NCBI GenBank assembly: GCA_964586255.1
Contig: CAZPGE010000001.1
Span: 133,907 to 197,906, forward strand
DNA length: 64,000 nt
From: an uncultured Candidatus Saccharibacteria bacterium
Lineage (GTDB): Bacteria > Patescibacteriota > Minisyncoccia > Phycocordibacterales > UBA2100
Reading direction: 5' to 3'
Shown: one piece after another, positions 27,061 through 36,977 of the stretch
Layout of the letters: each line of letters opens with the position of its first letter
Position numbering within the stretch: the stretch's first letter is position 1
Notes under the pieces: model-generated
Databases searched by the model: none
Seen by the model: only the letters and a program-made list of their open reading frames with translations
What the model was told of the DNA's origin: nothing
Position numbers and translations under genes: made by a program

Positions 27061-28509
27061 CTATTTAGGCAAGTTCGAAGGTGCGGTCGCTTTTGTCGAA
27101 GGAATGCGGCGAAGTCCTGGCGCTTGGACGGTACTGCTCGGGGGGTGCCAGAGCGTCGCAAGCGTCTCATTGGTGAGTACATTCGTAGGGGTCACCCAAG
27201 GAGTGTGGAAGAACGATCGCCTGCGAAATGCATCAAAGAAGCGGCGCGCATGGAGATTCCATCTAAAGTCAGCGACATCCTGCCATGGATAGTCAAACGG
27301 ATTGTGATAGCGTCGCGGGCGAAGCTGTGACATGTAATTTGGATTGCCGAGCGGTTTCCAGAGCCAACGTGTACCCGTGTACGTGGGGCCATGCATGTGG
27401 CCCGTGGTGATATAGCATCCTCGCGCTCCTGTCTCAAACGGATATTTACCGAGGTGCCGCTCCATACTTTTCATCTGCTCGGTCTGTTTCCACGTCGCGC
27501 GCGGCTGCGGAGGTCGTGCGGGGGTTTCGTTCTCACCGAGCTCTGCAAGCACGTTCTCAATAGTGTGTCCGCTGATAACAGCTGCCTTCGTCCTCACCTT
27601 TTCCACCTCGTGCTCCACTTCGTGCATCCAATCGTGATCTTGGTCATGCGTAAAGAGGATTCCCTGCTTGCCACACTTTCGGATGATTATCTGCACCCAT
27701 ATTTGCTCTTGAGGCTCTATGTTGCTCATGAATTCAAGTATCGTAGCGAGTGGGTCTACACGAAATTCCTCCTTCGGGTCCTTATCGAGCTCAAAGTCTA
27801 TATACGTCTTCGGCTGGTAGGCATTCATTGCCATCGAGTCAGCCTTTAGACCGCTATGGTACGCCTCGAGACGCCAGTCTGTGCAGAACACATTGTGTTT
27901 TTCAGGGTCGAATTCAAACTTGGTCGCATAGTCCTCCACTTCATACAGCTCGACTTCTGGATATTGGCCGTATATAGCACTCTCGACTTCGCTCTTGTAG
28001 TTCTTCCACGTCCAAATATAGAAATGCAGCTCTCCCCCGAAACTTGCAATCTCAAAAGAGAAGAATGGTCGCACCTGACCTTTCCACGCGCGATGGATAA
28101 AGGTGGTTTCGCCCGATGAAATCGAGAACAAGCTAAACGCTATCTCCATCGCTCGCGGTGATTTTGTGATCTCTCTCGGCACTTTCATTTCGAGCAATAT
28201 CGGGTTGCGACCGGAGAGGAAGAGCGACTGTACGTACCACATCCAAATTCTCCATGCTCCCATAATAAGTATGATCGGGAGCCAAATTGGCGCTGTGCCG
28301 ACGATCCAATTGAAGGTGTAGAGCGGCAAGTGCGGTATGAGGTGAAGAAGCCATAGGTATTCTGCCACGAAGAGGGCTGCAAGAAACATGCCACGCGACA
28401 CGCCCCAGTCGCCGAGCCAATTTATCCACCCGTCGAGTGAAGAATACTTCAATCCGTCTGTATACGTCGTGATGAACTTGTGTATGACACCACCTTCGCT
28501 CGAAGACAT
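27061..28509 (-). CDS. Hypothetical membrane protein (2-3 N-terminal TM helices plus a large Trp/His-rich soluble domain)
   Basis: 482-aa ORF; no recognisable catalytic motif; basic, Pro-rich C-terminal tail. Confidence 0.5.
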   Translation of the reverse strand: MSSSEGGVIHKFITTYTDGLKYSSLDGWINWLGDWGVSRGMFLAALFVAEYLWLLHLIPHLPLYTFNWIVGTAPIWLPIILIMGAWRIWMWYVQSLFLSGRNPILLEMKVPREITKSPRAMEIAFSLFSISSGETTFIHRAWKGQVRPFFSFEIASFGGELHFYIWTWKNYKSEVESAIYGQYPEVELYEVEDYATKFEFDPEKHNVFCTDWRLEAYHSGLKADSMAMNAYQPKTYIDFELDKDPKEEFRVDPLATILEFMSNIEPQEQIWVQIIIRKCGKQGILFTHDQDHDWMHEVEHEVEKVRTKAAVISGHTIENVLAELGENETPARPPQPRATWKQTEQMKSMERHLGKYPFETGARGCYITTGHMHGPTYTGTRWLWKPLGNPNYMSQLRPRRYHNPFDYPWQDVADFRWNLHARRFFDAFRRRSFFHTPWVTPTNVLTNETLATLWHPPSSTVQAPGLRRIPSTKATAPSNLPK

Positions 28510-28590
28510 GGCAAAATTATATCATTTGATTTACGCACCAACAGAAAACGCACCCGATTTAGGCGCGTTTTCTAATCATGAACACGGGAA

Positions 28591-29619
28591 CTATGCTTTC
28601 TTTGAGAATGCGTACTTACCGTCTGACTGTTTAACAAACATCGGATTCTGGAGATTGACAGAGATTGTCGCATCTTTGACATAGCGCTCGCGCTTTACGC
28701 GCTCAACTATCTCTTCGCGAGTAAGAGGACCTTCCCTCTCAAGAATGCCACGGATCACATCGCGCACGACGCCGGGCTCATAGCCCCATTCTTTGAGCGC
28801 GTAGAGCCCTCGACCCACGAGTACAAAGCGACCGTCTTTGATCAGCTCGTTGTGTGTCGTTGCAGGGTGCGTCTCGCGACCGAACAGATTCTCGATGCCC
28901 TTTGCGACTTCCGTGAAGTGCATCGGGGAGCCGTGGCGCTTGAGCGTGAGATATGCAAAATCACGCGTGTTCTTGATACGGACGTGTGGAGATTCCATCC
29001 TTCCCCATTCGCCAAGTGGATTGCGGCCGATGCGCTTCGAGATATGGAGCCAACGCAGGAGGACGTCGTCTCCGCGATTCTTCACGCCGGCCTGACGCAA
29101 ATGCTTCGAGAAAACCTGTACAAACTCGTCCTCCGGAGTGAGCTTGTTGGATTCGAGAGACTCGTACAAATTCGTGAGTGCTTCCTCGACCTGCTCCGCG
29201 AGCTGCTCATCCACGTGCCAGCGAGACTTAAAGTCTGCGTTCTCACGTCTATCCTCGAAATGATGCGCCACGGTAAGCAGGAAGATGATGTGGTTGTGGT
29301 CGGCGTCTGCCTTTGCGACATGGCCAAGCAAAGTTTCCTGGGCGAGGATTCCGCCAAGTGTCTGGACAGCACGCTTGAGATCCTCTAGAGCGGACGCAAA
29401 CTCCGTATAGGCATCAGAATCACGGACGGCGGCTATCCCGTGGTTTTCTATCTGGCGAATACGCTCACGTGTAATACCGTACTCCTGACCGATGGCATCG
29501 AGCGTGCGCTGCTCTCCCTTCGGAGAGAGCCCGAAACGGTCGACGAGCACCCTCCTGGAGCGCTCAGGGAGCTCCGAAAGGAGCTCCTTGGTGACGTTTT
29601 TTGGCGAAAATGAAAGCAT
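28591..29619 (-). CDS. Sigma-70 region-4-like HTH protein with extended C-terminal domain of unknown function
   Basis: 342 aa. N-terminal ...PERSRRVLVDRFGLSPKGEQRTLDAIGQEYGITRERIRQIENHGIAAVR... is a textbook sigma-70 region 4.2 HTH. The remainder has no known motif. Confidence 0.6.
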   Translation of the reverse strand: MLSFSPKNVTKELLSELPERSRRVLVDRFGLSPKGEQRTLDAIGQEYGITRERIRQIENHGIAAVRDSDAYTEFASALEDLKRAVQTLGGILAQETLLGHVAKADADHNHIIFLLTVAHHFEDRRENADFKSRWHVDEQLAEQVEEALTNLYESLESNKLTPEDEFVQVFSKHLRQAGVKNRGDDVLLRWLHISKRIGRNPLGEWGRMESPHVRIKNTRDFAYLTLKRHGSPMHFTEVAKGIENLFGRETHPATTHNELIKDGRFVLVGRGLYALKEWGYEPGVVRDVIRGILEREGPLTREEIVERVKRERYVKDATISVNLQNPMFVKQSDGKYAFSKKA

Positions 29620-29794
29620 ATATGTATCTCGATATTTGACTATTCCTATACCTGTGGCTTTGTTTTATCAAACCACGGGGCATCCGTCAAGCCCCTGGCA
29701 GATTCTGGGCTACCCGGTCTTTTCCACAGAATAGCCCCATGTTCTCGGATATACGAGAAACGGAGACACAGGGCTTCCGTGATACTATCGCTCC

Positions 29795-31189
29795 ATGTCC
29801 ACTGTGCGTCCCATCGTCCCACCGCAAGATATCGAGATGGAGCGGGCGCTCTTGGGCGCACTCCTTCTTAGCCAGAACGCCATCTACGAAATTGCCGACA
29901 TCGTCGGCATTGATTCCTTCTACATGGGCAAGCATCGGACTATTTACGATGCGATGCTCACACTTCACGCAAAGGGTGAGCCTATTGATGTCGTGACAGT
30001 CTCGGGCAAGCTGAAAGAGCGAAAGCAGCTTGCCGACATTGGTGGCGCCTCATACCTCTCCGAGCTCGCAGCTGCGGCTGCTTCCCCGGGCAGCGCGCGC
30101 CATTATGCGCAGAGTGTCCAGACCAAGTTTGTCCTGCGCTCGCTTATCGACGCCGCAGCCAAAATCGGTGAGCTCGGCTTTCAGGAGGATCGTGATATTG
30201 AGCAGGTCCTCGACGAAGCGCAATCTGCGATATTTCAGGTTTCAAACTCCCCCATGTTGCAGAGTTTTAGCTCGATAAAGGATGAGCTTGCGGAGGCATG
30301 GGAGCGCCTTGAGTCTCTACAAAAGCATCAGGGTTCGATGCGCGGCGTGCCTACGGGTTTTCCCCAACTCGACAACATGCTCGCCGGCCTTCAGAAATCA
30401 GATCTTGTCATTCTTGCTGCGAGGCCCTCGATGGGTAAGACATCGCTCGCGCTCGATATCGCCCGACAAACCGCTATAAAACACAAGACGCCCGTCGGCA
30501 TTTTTTCGCTCGAAATGAGTTCTCAACAACTCGTCGACCGTATGCTCGCTGCACAAGCGGGCGTCAACTCATGGCGACTGAGGACCGGCAAAATATCACG
30601 CGATGACGAGTACGATAGGCTCCAAGACGGCATCGCACAGCTCAGCGAAGCGCCGATATACATTGACGATAAGCCGGGTATGACCGTGCTTTCTATGCGC
30701 TCCGTCGCAAGACGCCTCAAGATGGAGCGCGACTTGGGACTTGTCATTATTGACTACCTCCAGCTCATCACGCCGAGCAACTTCAAGTCCAACGATTCTC
30801 TCGTACAGCAAGTAACCGAGATTTCACGTGCACTCAAAGCGATGGCACGTGAGCTCGATGTGCCCGTCCTTGCGCTCTCACAGCTCTCTCGTGCCGTGGA
30901 GCAGCGCGGCGGCAAACCTCGCCTCTCCGACCTCCGCGATTCTGGCTCCATCGAGCAAGACGCCGACGTGGTCATGTTCATCCACCGCGACGATATGATG
31001 GGTAACCGCTCTGACAATGAGAAGACCGGCATAGCTGAGATTCTCATCGAAAAGCACCGCAACGGACCCGTCGGCAAAGTCGACCTTAAGTTCGATGAAG
31101 AGAAGACCACCTTTATGTCTATCGACAAGAGCGACTTCGGCGACTTCGTGACCGAAGCGCAAGTCGGTGGCGAATCCGCACCGTTTTAG
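29795..31189 (+). CDS. dnaB: Replicative DNA helicase DnaB
   Basis: 464 aa. Walker A GKTSLALDIA, H4 motif, typical DnaB length (no intein). Confidence 0.95.
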   Translation: MSTVRPIVPPQDIEMERALLGALLLSQNAIYEIADIVGIDSFYMGKHRTIYDAMLTLHAKGEPIDVVTVSGKLKERKQLADIGGASYLSELAAAAASPGSARHYAQSVQTKFVLRSLIDAAAKIGELGFQEDRDIEQVLDEAQSAIFQVSNSPMLQSFSSIKDELAEAWERLESLQKHQGSMRGVPTGFPQLDNMLAGLQKSDLVILAARPSMGKTSLALDIARQTAIKHKTPVGIFSLEMSSQQLVDRMLAAQAGVNSWRLRTGKISRDDEYDRLQDGIAQLSEAPIYIDDKPGMTVLSMRSVARRLKMERDLGLVIIDYLQLITPSNFKSNDSLVQQVTEISRALKAMARELDVPVLALSQLSRAVEQRGGKPRLSDLRDSGSIEQDADVVMFIHRDDMMGNRSDNEKTGIAEILIEKHRNGPVGKVDLKFDEEKTTFMSIDKSDFGDFVTEAQVGGESAPF

Positions 31190-31210
31190 TCGCTGCGATA
31201 TACTGCGCGC

Positions 31211-31810
31211 ATGGACCCCATCGATAGACTGTCACGAATATTTGAGCGTTTTCCCGGCATCGGACCACGGCAGGCGAACAGATTTGTCGCATACATACTG
31301 AGGAGTACCCCGGCCCTTCGGCGAGAGCTTGTCGACTCGATACAACAGCTCTCAAGCGGCGTCAGGCAGTGCGATGAGTGCATGCGCTATCATGCGGGCG
31401 AGCATAAGGTGTGCAGCATATGCGCGCACCCAGAACGCGACCCCTCATCGCTCGCGGTCGTCGCTTCGGACTCAGACTTAGCCGCGCTAGAAAGAAGCGG
31501 CACGTATAGAAGCATGTATTTCGTACTTGGCGGCACAATTTCTCTCGCATCGGAAAAAGCTACCGGTCTTCGCATAGATGCGCTGCTTTCCTCTCTCCCG
31601 AGGCGGATAGAGCACGGACTCAAGGAGGTGATCCTTGCATTCCCGGCCAACCCAGAAGGTGACGCCACGACCACGCGCGTGCGCGAGGATATTTCGGAAC
31701 ACGCCCCAACGCTGCGCATTACGGCGCTCGGTCGCGGCCTCTCCACGGGGAGCGAGCTCGAGTACGCCGACCCGGAGACTATCAAGAGCGCGCTCGACTC
31801 CCGACGCTAA
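31211..31810 (+). CDS. recR: Recombination protein RecR
   Basis: 199 aa; HhH N-terminus, C4 zinc finger CDECMRYHAGEHKVCSICAHPERD, Toprim domain. Confidence 0.93.
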   Translation: MDPIDRLSRIFERFPGIGPRQANRFVAYILRSTPALRRELVDSIQQLSSGVRQCDECMRYHAGEHKVCSICAHPERDPSSLAVVASDSDLAALERSGTYRSMYFVLGGTISLASEKATGLRIDALLSSLPRRIEHGLKEVILAFPANPEGDATTTRVREDISEHAPTLRITALGRGLSTGSELEYADPETIKSALDSRR

Positions 31811-31842
31811 GTCAAAAGCCGCCCCTTGGGGCGGCTGTTTGG

Positions 31843-32163
31843 TTATGAGATTGCGGTGATGCGGACCTTTGCGTACTCCTGTCTGTGGCCCTTCTTTTTC
31901 GCGTAGCGGCTCTTCTGGCGGTAGCGAAGGACAATCACTTTCTTGTCGCGGGCATTCTCCACGAGCTCCGCAGAGACTTCTGCACCCTTGATATACGGGG
32001 CTCCCACGACTGTCTTTGCGCCATCGTCGGTCAAAAGGACCTTGTCGAACGTTATTTTAGCACCGGCCTTATCAGCGCCCTTTATGGTCTCGACGTCGAG
32101 GACGCTGTCCTTGGTGACAACGTACTGTTTCCCCCCCGTCTCTATAATTGCGATTTTCGCCAT
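31843..32163 (-). CDS. rplU: 50S ribosomal protein L21
   Basis: From the internal Met MAKIAIIETGGKQYVVTKDSVLDVE... (bL21). The upstream extension in the ORF track is unlikely. Confidence 0.9.
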   Translation of the reverse strand: MAKIAIIETGGKQYVVTKDSVLDVETIKGADKAGAKITFDKVLLTDDGAKTVVGAPYIKGAEVSAELVENARDKKVIVLRYRQKSRYAKKKGHRQEYAKVRITAIS

Positions 32164-32237
32164 AAGTGGGTGGATATTACGATGTATCCGCAATTTAGGC
32201 AAGTCTTGCCTCCCTTGACGCTCCGGCCTCTATATTG

Positions 32238-33320
32238 TTAGGAGTCCTGAGCAGGCTTGTCGATGAATGGAATCTCGAGCTCCGGAGACACTTCCGTTAT
32301 GCGCATGACGTCCTTATCAATCTTGCCGAGCTCTTTGCTCCCCGCGTTGAAATGGTTCACCGTCGTAGAGAGCGAATTCCCGAGTTTCTTGTAGTAATCT
32401 TGATAGGCGTTGAGATGCCTTCCGAGCGCCTCCACATTCTTCGCGATATCCTTAGCGGTCTCCTCTATCTTGAACGCCTTGAATCCGTAAAGCACCGACT
32501 GTAAATACGCCGCAAATGTCGTCGGCGATACAATGATGACTTTCTTCTCATTGTAGGCGTAGTCGATGAGATTGCGCGTATTTACCTTTACCGAACCCAC
32601 CTCATTGATGAGGAGGTCGTAGTAGATGGCCTCAGCCGGGATGTACATGAAGGCGAAAGGAAGCGTGCCGTCTTTCGGGCGCACATACTTCGCACATTCG
32701 TCGATGCGCATCTTGAGATCATTTTTAAACTGCTTCTCAAGCTCTTCGCGCTGCGCATCGTCTATCGCGTTGACCAGACGTTGGTAATTGTCGAGGGAAA
32801 ATTTCGCGTCGATAGGTATGACGCCTTCTTTTGTTACAACGACAGCGTCAACTGTCTCCCCACCCGGGAATTCATACTGCATTTTGTACGAACCCGGCGG
32901 TAGAATATTGCCCAAGATAAGCTCCAGGGACGCTTCGCCAAGATTGCCGCGCTGTTTCTGGTGCTTGAGCACCTTTTCAAGATTTGCGAGCTGCTCGGCG
33001 ATAGTCATAAACCGCGTTGTCGCCTCGTTGGTCTTTGTCTGCTCTTTCGTCACCTCGAGGAGTTGTTCAGACATCTGTTTACTGATAGAGCTCATAAGGC
33101 GCTCCGCCTGCTCAGCTTGCGTGCGCATGCCTTCAAACATCCTGCTTGTACCCTCGCCGAGCTTCATCTCCATAGCGCGTGTCAGGTCTTGCATCTGATT
33201 TTGCAGGAGCATCATGCTTTGCATATCCTGCGGGGCATCCACCTTTCGCATCAGCATGTATGCAAGTGCCGCCAGCAGCGCCAGCACTAAGATAAGTAGC
33301 GCTATTATGAGCCATTCCAT
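32238..33320 (-). CDS. rmuC: DNA recombination protein RmuC
   Basis: Start at MEWLIIALLILVLALLAALAYML (N-terminal TM), long coiled-coil, C-terminal RmuC nuclease-like domain. Confidence 0.85.
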   Translation of the reverse strand: MEWLIIALLILVLALLAALAYMLMRKVDAPQDMQSMMLLQNQMQDLTRAMEMKLGEGTSRMFEGMRTQAEQAERLMSSISKQMSEQLLEVTKEQTKTNEATTRFMTIAEQLANLEKVLKHQKQRGNLGEASLELILGNILPPGSYKMQYEFPGGETVDAVVVTKEGVIPIDAKFSLDNYQRLVNAIDDAQREELEKQFKNDLKMRIDECAKYVRPKDGTLPFAFMYIPAEAIYYDLLINEVGSVKVNTRNLIDYAYNEKKVIIVSPTTFAAYLQSVLYGFKAFKIEETAKDIAKNVEALGRHLNAYQDYYKKLGNSLSTTVNHFNAGSKELGKIDKDVMRITEVSPELEIPFIDKPAQDS

Positions 33321-33362
33321 GCGGCGATTGTAGCACGGTCGCTCTTTGCTATACTTTGGCGC

Positions 33363-33815
33363 ATGCTCCAACTTCAAGTACGAGAAGACTTAAAAACAGC
33401 CATGAAAGCGCGCGACCAGATTCGTGTCGATACACTCCGCGGCGCACTGACCGCATTCACCAATGAGCTCGTCGCCAAAGGAAAAAAACCGACCGAGGAG
33501 ATTGCAGACGATGATGCGGTCACCGTGCTCAAACGCCTTGCTAAGCAACGCCAAGACTCCATAGAACAGTTCACCAAGGGCGACCGCTCGGAACTTGCGG
33601 AGAAAGAAGCGACTGAGCTTTCAATACTCAAGGCGTACCTTCCTGAGATGGCTTCTCGAGAAGCTATAGAAAAAGTCGCACGCGCAAAGAAAGAGGAGCT
33701 TGGCCTTACCGACGCTTCAGGAGCAGGAAAGCTTATGGGAGCTGTCATCAAGGAATTTGCGGGAAAAGCCGACGGTGCCGATGTAAAGGCGGTCGTAACG
33801 GCGCTGTTTGCATAG
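33363..33815 (+). CDS. GatB/YqeY domain protein
   Basis: 150 aa; MLQLQVREDLKTAMKARDQIRVDTLRGALTAF... is a canonical YqeY start. Confidence 0.88.
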   Translation: MLQLQVREDLKTAMKARDQIRVDTLRGALTAFTNELVAKGKKPTEEIADDDAVTVLKRLAKQRQDSIEQFTKGDRSELAEKEATELSILKAYLPEMASREAIEKVARAKKEELGLTDASGAGKLMGAVIKEFAGKADGADVKAVVTALFA

Positions 33816-33892
33816 GACTCTCAGATCACGCATGTGCGCCTTTTTTTGGTGCGCATCTCATGCTATAGAGTGCCCAGCACGAGGAGGCAACG

Positions 33893-34114
33893 ATGCGCAA
33901 AACATGGTCAAGGCGTCGCAGAGCGAAATTTGAGCTCAGAAAAGAGCTTGAGCGCAGGAAGCAAAAGGCACTCGAAGAGCAGGCCGCGGCGCTCGCTGAG
34001 CTTGCGGCCGAAAAAACAGCGAAGGAGTACGAGAGCCTTGTGAGGGAGACGAACCAAGACATCGTTCCTTTCGACGACTCCCCTCTTGGAGCCATCGTCG
34101 TCAGTGATGAATAA
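33893..34114 (+). CDS. Small highly charged hypothetical protein (73 aa, Lys/Glu/Arg-rich coiled-coil)
   Basis: ORF followed immediately by a strong terminator hairpin at 34114..34148. Confidence 0.4.
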   Translation: MRKTWSRRRRAKFELRKELERRKQKALEEQAAALAELAAEKTAKEYESLVRETNQDIVPFDDSPLGAIVVSDE

Positions 34115-34148
34115 GCGGGACCGTATCGCGTACCCGCTTTTCTTTTTG
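34114..34148. terminator. Bidirectional intrinsic terminator (AGCGGGACCGTATCGCGTACCCGCT plus T tract)
   Basis: Hairpin followed by TTTTCTTTTT on the plus strand. Sits between a plus-strand small gene and a converging minus-strand transporter. Confidence 0.6.
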
Positions 34149-34149
34149 G

Positions 34150-35310
34150 TCAGTATGCCGCGCGCGTGCGTGTAGCGTGGTATACGGAGAAGCCCGCAGC
34201 AAGGGCTGCAAGTGCGAAAGAAAACGCGAGCGCATGCGGTAATGCAAATACGCCGAGGAATGCCGCCGCCACAAGGCACAGGATGATGCGACCGAGCGCC
34301 ATCCCCATTTCTTTTAGTGCTGTATATTCGTCGACGAATGTGTGATTGTCGCCCGTTTGTTCATAGGCATGGATATCGATTCCTCTCGCGGCCGTGCGGC
34401 TCGCCGTATGGAAATACGTATCCACAAGCACAGCACCTACAAATCCGCCGACGCCGAGGCGCATGACCCAGCCAGAGGCAGCCACGAGCGGCTGTACTCT
34501 CACGGGCACCGCGTGCACGGCATCGCCAAAGAGTTTTCGCGCCACAAGTGTGAATAGAAGGGTGAGCGACATTACGACACCCAGCAGCGGATACGACCAA
34601 TCAAGCAGCGTGAAAACGGTGATGGGCCACAGGATAAAAAGCGCTGCCGCCTCAAGTCCCGACAGGACAGACGACCACAAGAGAGATCGATGGCGCTCTT
34701 CGAAGAGCTCATGAAATGTCGCCCGATACGACCACGAAAATCCTTGGTACGTGTCTTTCATCGAGAGAAGCGGGACAATCGAAGCAAGGGACAATGCGCT
34801 CGCGATGTACATAAGATACACGAGCGATTGACCTCCATTCGTAATATAGAGGCCTCCGATGAGAGGGATCAGCGCAATCACAACTTCTATCCACTCTCGA
34901 TAGCGCACCGCGCTCGTCTCCTTTGCGACCTCATATGGTATCCAATACAGAGCTCGATAAAGGCCGCTCAGTATCGCAAAAAGTGCTATACCAAGTGCGA
35001 CATCGCCGAGCACTCCTGAGAAGGCAGCGCCGAGTACTAGAAACGATGCGGCGAGTGCACAGATAGAGGCTACGAGTGAGCGCCGGTATCCGTGTCTCAG
35101 CCGCGAAGCAGTAACGGGGGTGAGCAATATGACAATCACATGAGTAAGTGCATACGTGAGCAGCACGCTTACGAATGCGCCTGAAACTGAGCGTGACTGA
35201 ATGTAGAAATACTGAAAAATAAACACCCACGCGAAGAGATGTGCGCCCGAGAGAGCGGCTCGTATAAGCAGGCGGTGCAGAGCTCTATCCTTAAGATTCA
35301 TGCGAGTCAC
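34150..35310 (-). CDS. Polytopic membrane transporter (MFS-like)
   Basis: 386-aa ORF with about 10-12 hydrophobic helices. Confidence 0.5.
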   Translation of the reverse strand: MTRMNLKDRALHRLLIRAALSGAHLFAWVFIFQYFYIQSRSVSGAFVSVLLTYALTHVIVILLTPVTASRLRHGYRRSLVASICALAASFLVLGAAFSGVLGDVALGIALFAILSGLYRALYWIPYEVAKETSAVRYREWIEVVIALIPLIGGLYITNGGQSLVYLMYIASALSLASIVPLLSMKDTYQGFSWSYRATFHELFEERHRSLLWSSVLSGLEAAALFILWPITVFTLLDWSYPLLGVVMSLTLLFTLVARKLFGDAVHAVPVRVQPLVAASGWVMRLGVGGFVGAVLVDTYFHTASRTAARGIDIHAYEQTGDNHTFVDEYTALKEMGMALGRIILCLVAAAFLGVFALPHALAFSFALAALAAGFSVYHATRTRAAY

Positions 35311-35674
35311 GAGTCATCGGCGGTGCTGAATGACGATGCAGGCGTGGCGCGAAGAGCGGTATGAGCACGATGAGAGAATACCCCACCCACACATTCCAAT
35401 CCGAAAAGAGTGCCCAGCCCGTAAAAGGTACCGAGAATACGATATCGAGAAGCGCCACGACTACCAGCCATGCAATCGAGTACGGCAGTATGTCTCGCCA
35501 CGAAACAAAGCGCAGGGACTGCCCCGCGTAGAGAGCCATGGCCATAAGCACGGCGAGGCTTACGAGGCGCGGCACGATGCCCTCCACGAATCCGTACAAG
35601 ACGAATCCCGACCACAAGAGAAACATAATCGCATACATGGTAATCCCCCAGCCGAGGAGTGCTCCAAATTTCAT
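35291..35674 (-). CDS. Hypothetical small membrane protein (4 TM)
   Basis: 127-aa ORF, hydrophobic; overlaps the downstream gene start by 20 nt. Confidence 0.45.
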   Translation of the reverse strand: MKFGALLGWGITMYAIMFLLWSGFVLYGFVEGIVPRLVSLAVLMAMALYAGQSLRFVSWRDILPYSIAWLVVVALLDIVFSVPFTGWALFSDWNVWVGYSLIVLIPLFAPRLHRHSAPPMTRDSHES

Positions 35675-35725
35675 TCCCTCATTATGAGCGACCGGGACAT
35701 CTTCCGCCTGTCACACTGTGGATAG

Positions 35726-36805
35726 CTATTCCCTGTGATCTTCTTCGACCGGTTCCGCGCTCATCATCATGCTTGCACTCTCAGTGTCAGGACGTGAGCG
35801 TGTAAACGTTCTCACATCGGTCTTGAGTCTCTCTGATGCATCCATATGCACCTCCACTGTTTTTACGGCGCGAATAGCTTCTTGGAAATTACTGAATGCA
35901 CTTCCATAATCTCCGTCTTTGAGTGCATCTTCAGCATGCTCAATAGAGCGCTCTGCCTCTTCCGCGCTCTCGCGTGCGACATCTGCGGTCGTTGTCGACT
36001 GCAGCAGCGCAGAGTTTGCACGTGAGCGCACACTCAGCACAACCTCCTTCGCCTTTTGCTTCTTTTTGAAAGCCGCTTCACGTATGTCCTTGCCATCGCG
36101 CGTGGCGACGAGCGCCGCCTCGTGCGATGTGCGCGACGCCTGCGCCGCTTCTGCCTTACTCAGAATAGAGCGGATAATGGGCTGCGCTGCACCGTCGTCA
36201 TCGTCGGAAGATGAGAGCGCGACGAGCACTTCAGCGTGTCCTATGAGCGATGCCTCCAGGTCGGACTGCACTGCGGCGACAGCCGCCTCTCCATCGCTTT
36301 TTGAAAGCTTTTCTACATGCGCATCAAATGCAACAACTGTGTCTTCAATCTCGGATTCGAGCTGCGCTTGCGCGACAGGCGTGAGCCTACCCTCTGCCAC
36401 GAGCATCTCTGCTTCTACGAGGCGTCGCTCGAGTTTTTCTGTGTGCCACGAGGCCTCCGATGCGTCGGACACCGCGAGCGCACCTTTTACGGACTCGTTG
36501 ACGTTGAGCTTGACCGCGTACAGAGGTTCACCTGGCAAAGCGCCTTCAGCCGCGTATGCGGTGCCAAGACCTACCACGAAAACCATAGCGAGTGTCGCCG
36601 GTACAAAACGATAGTTACTAAACTGCTGCCGGCCAAAGGCGTCGGTAAGCGCCGAAAGTCCGTCGAGAAAACGCACCGAGAATGGCGCTCGCGCCGGATG
36701 CTCACTCATGTGCATGAGGAGCTGGTTGCGCATGAGCGCTCGCTCGCTATCCGTAAGCGAGTCGCGTTTTACCTCTTCAAATATGCGTGTGATTTTTTCA
36801 TTCAT
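35726..36805 (-). CDS. Anti-sigma-like / DUF5667-like protein (cytoplasmic N-terminus, one TM, Ala/Glu-rich extracytoplasmic coiled-coil)
   Basis: 359 aa. TM FVPATLAMVFVVGLGTAYAA; encoded downstream of the ECF sigma factor. Confidence 0.5.
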   Translation of the reverse strand: MNEKITRIFEEVKRDSLTDSERALMRNQLLMHMSEHPARAPFSVRFLDGLSALTDAFGRQQFSNYRFVPATLAMVFVVGLGTAYAAEGALPGEPLYAVKLNVNESVKGALAVSDASEASWHTEKLERRLVEAEMLVAEGRLTPVAQAQLESEIEDTVVAFDAHVEKLSKSDGEAAVAAVQSDLEASLIGHAEVLVALSSSDDDDGAAQPIIRSILSKAEAAQASRTSHEAALVATRDGKDIREAAFKKKQKAKEVVLSVRSRANSALLQSTTTADVARESAEEAERSIEHAEDALKDGDYGSAFSNFQEAIRAVKTVEVHMDASERLKTDVRTFTRSRPDTESASMMMSAEPVEEDHRE

Positions 36806-36929
36806 ACTTCATTAAAAACCGTGGGCGATGTGCACGTAGACACTGTAGCAGTCTTGCGAGCACCTATTTCCCCCGTGAATTATAGACGATATACGGGGCA
36901 CTATCTTACGTTTGATTGTGTGTGGCCTC

Positions 36930-36962
36930 TAAGAGAACGACCCGCCAGTAGGGCGGGTCGTC
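36930..36962 (-). terminator. Terminator hairpin ACGACCCGCC-agta-GGCGGGTCGT downstream of the RRM protein gene
   Basis: 10-bp perfect stem seen in the sequence. Confidence 0.45.
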
Positions 36963-36977
36963 TCAATGAGGGGGGGG

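Noticed and set aside
29795-31189. Intein in DnaB
   Set aside because: The protein is 464 aa with contiguous helicase motifs, the normal DnaB length. No insertion.
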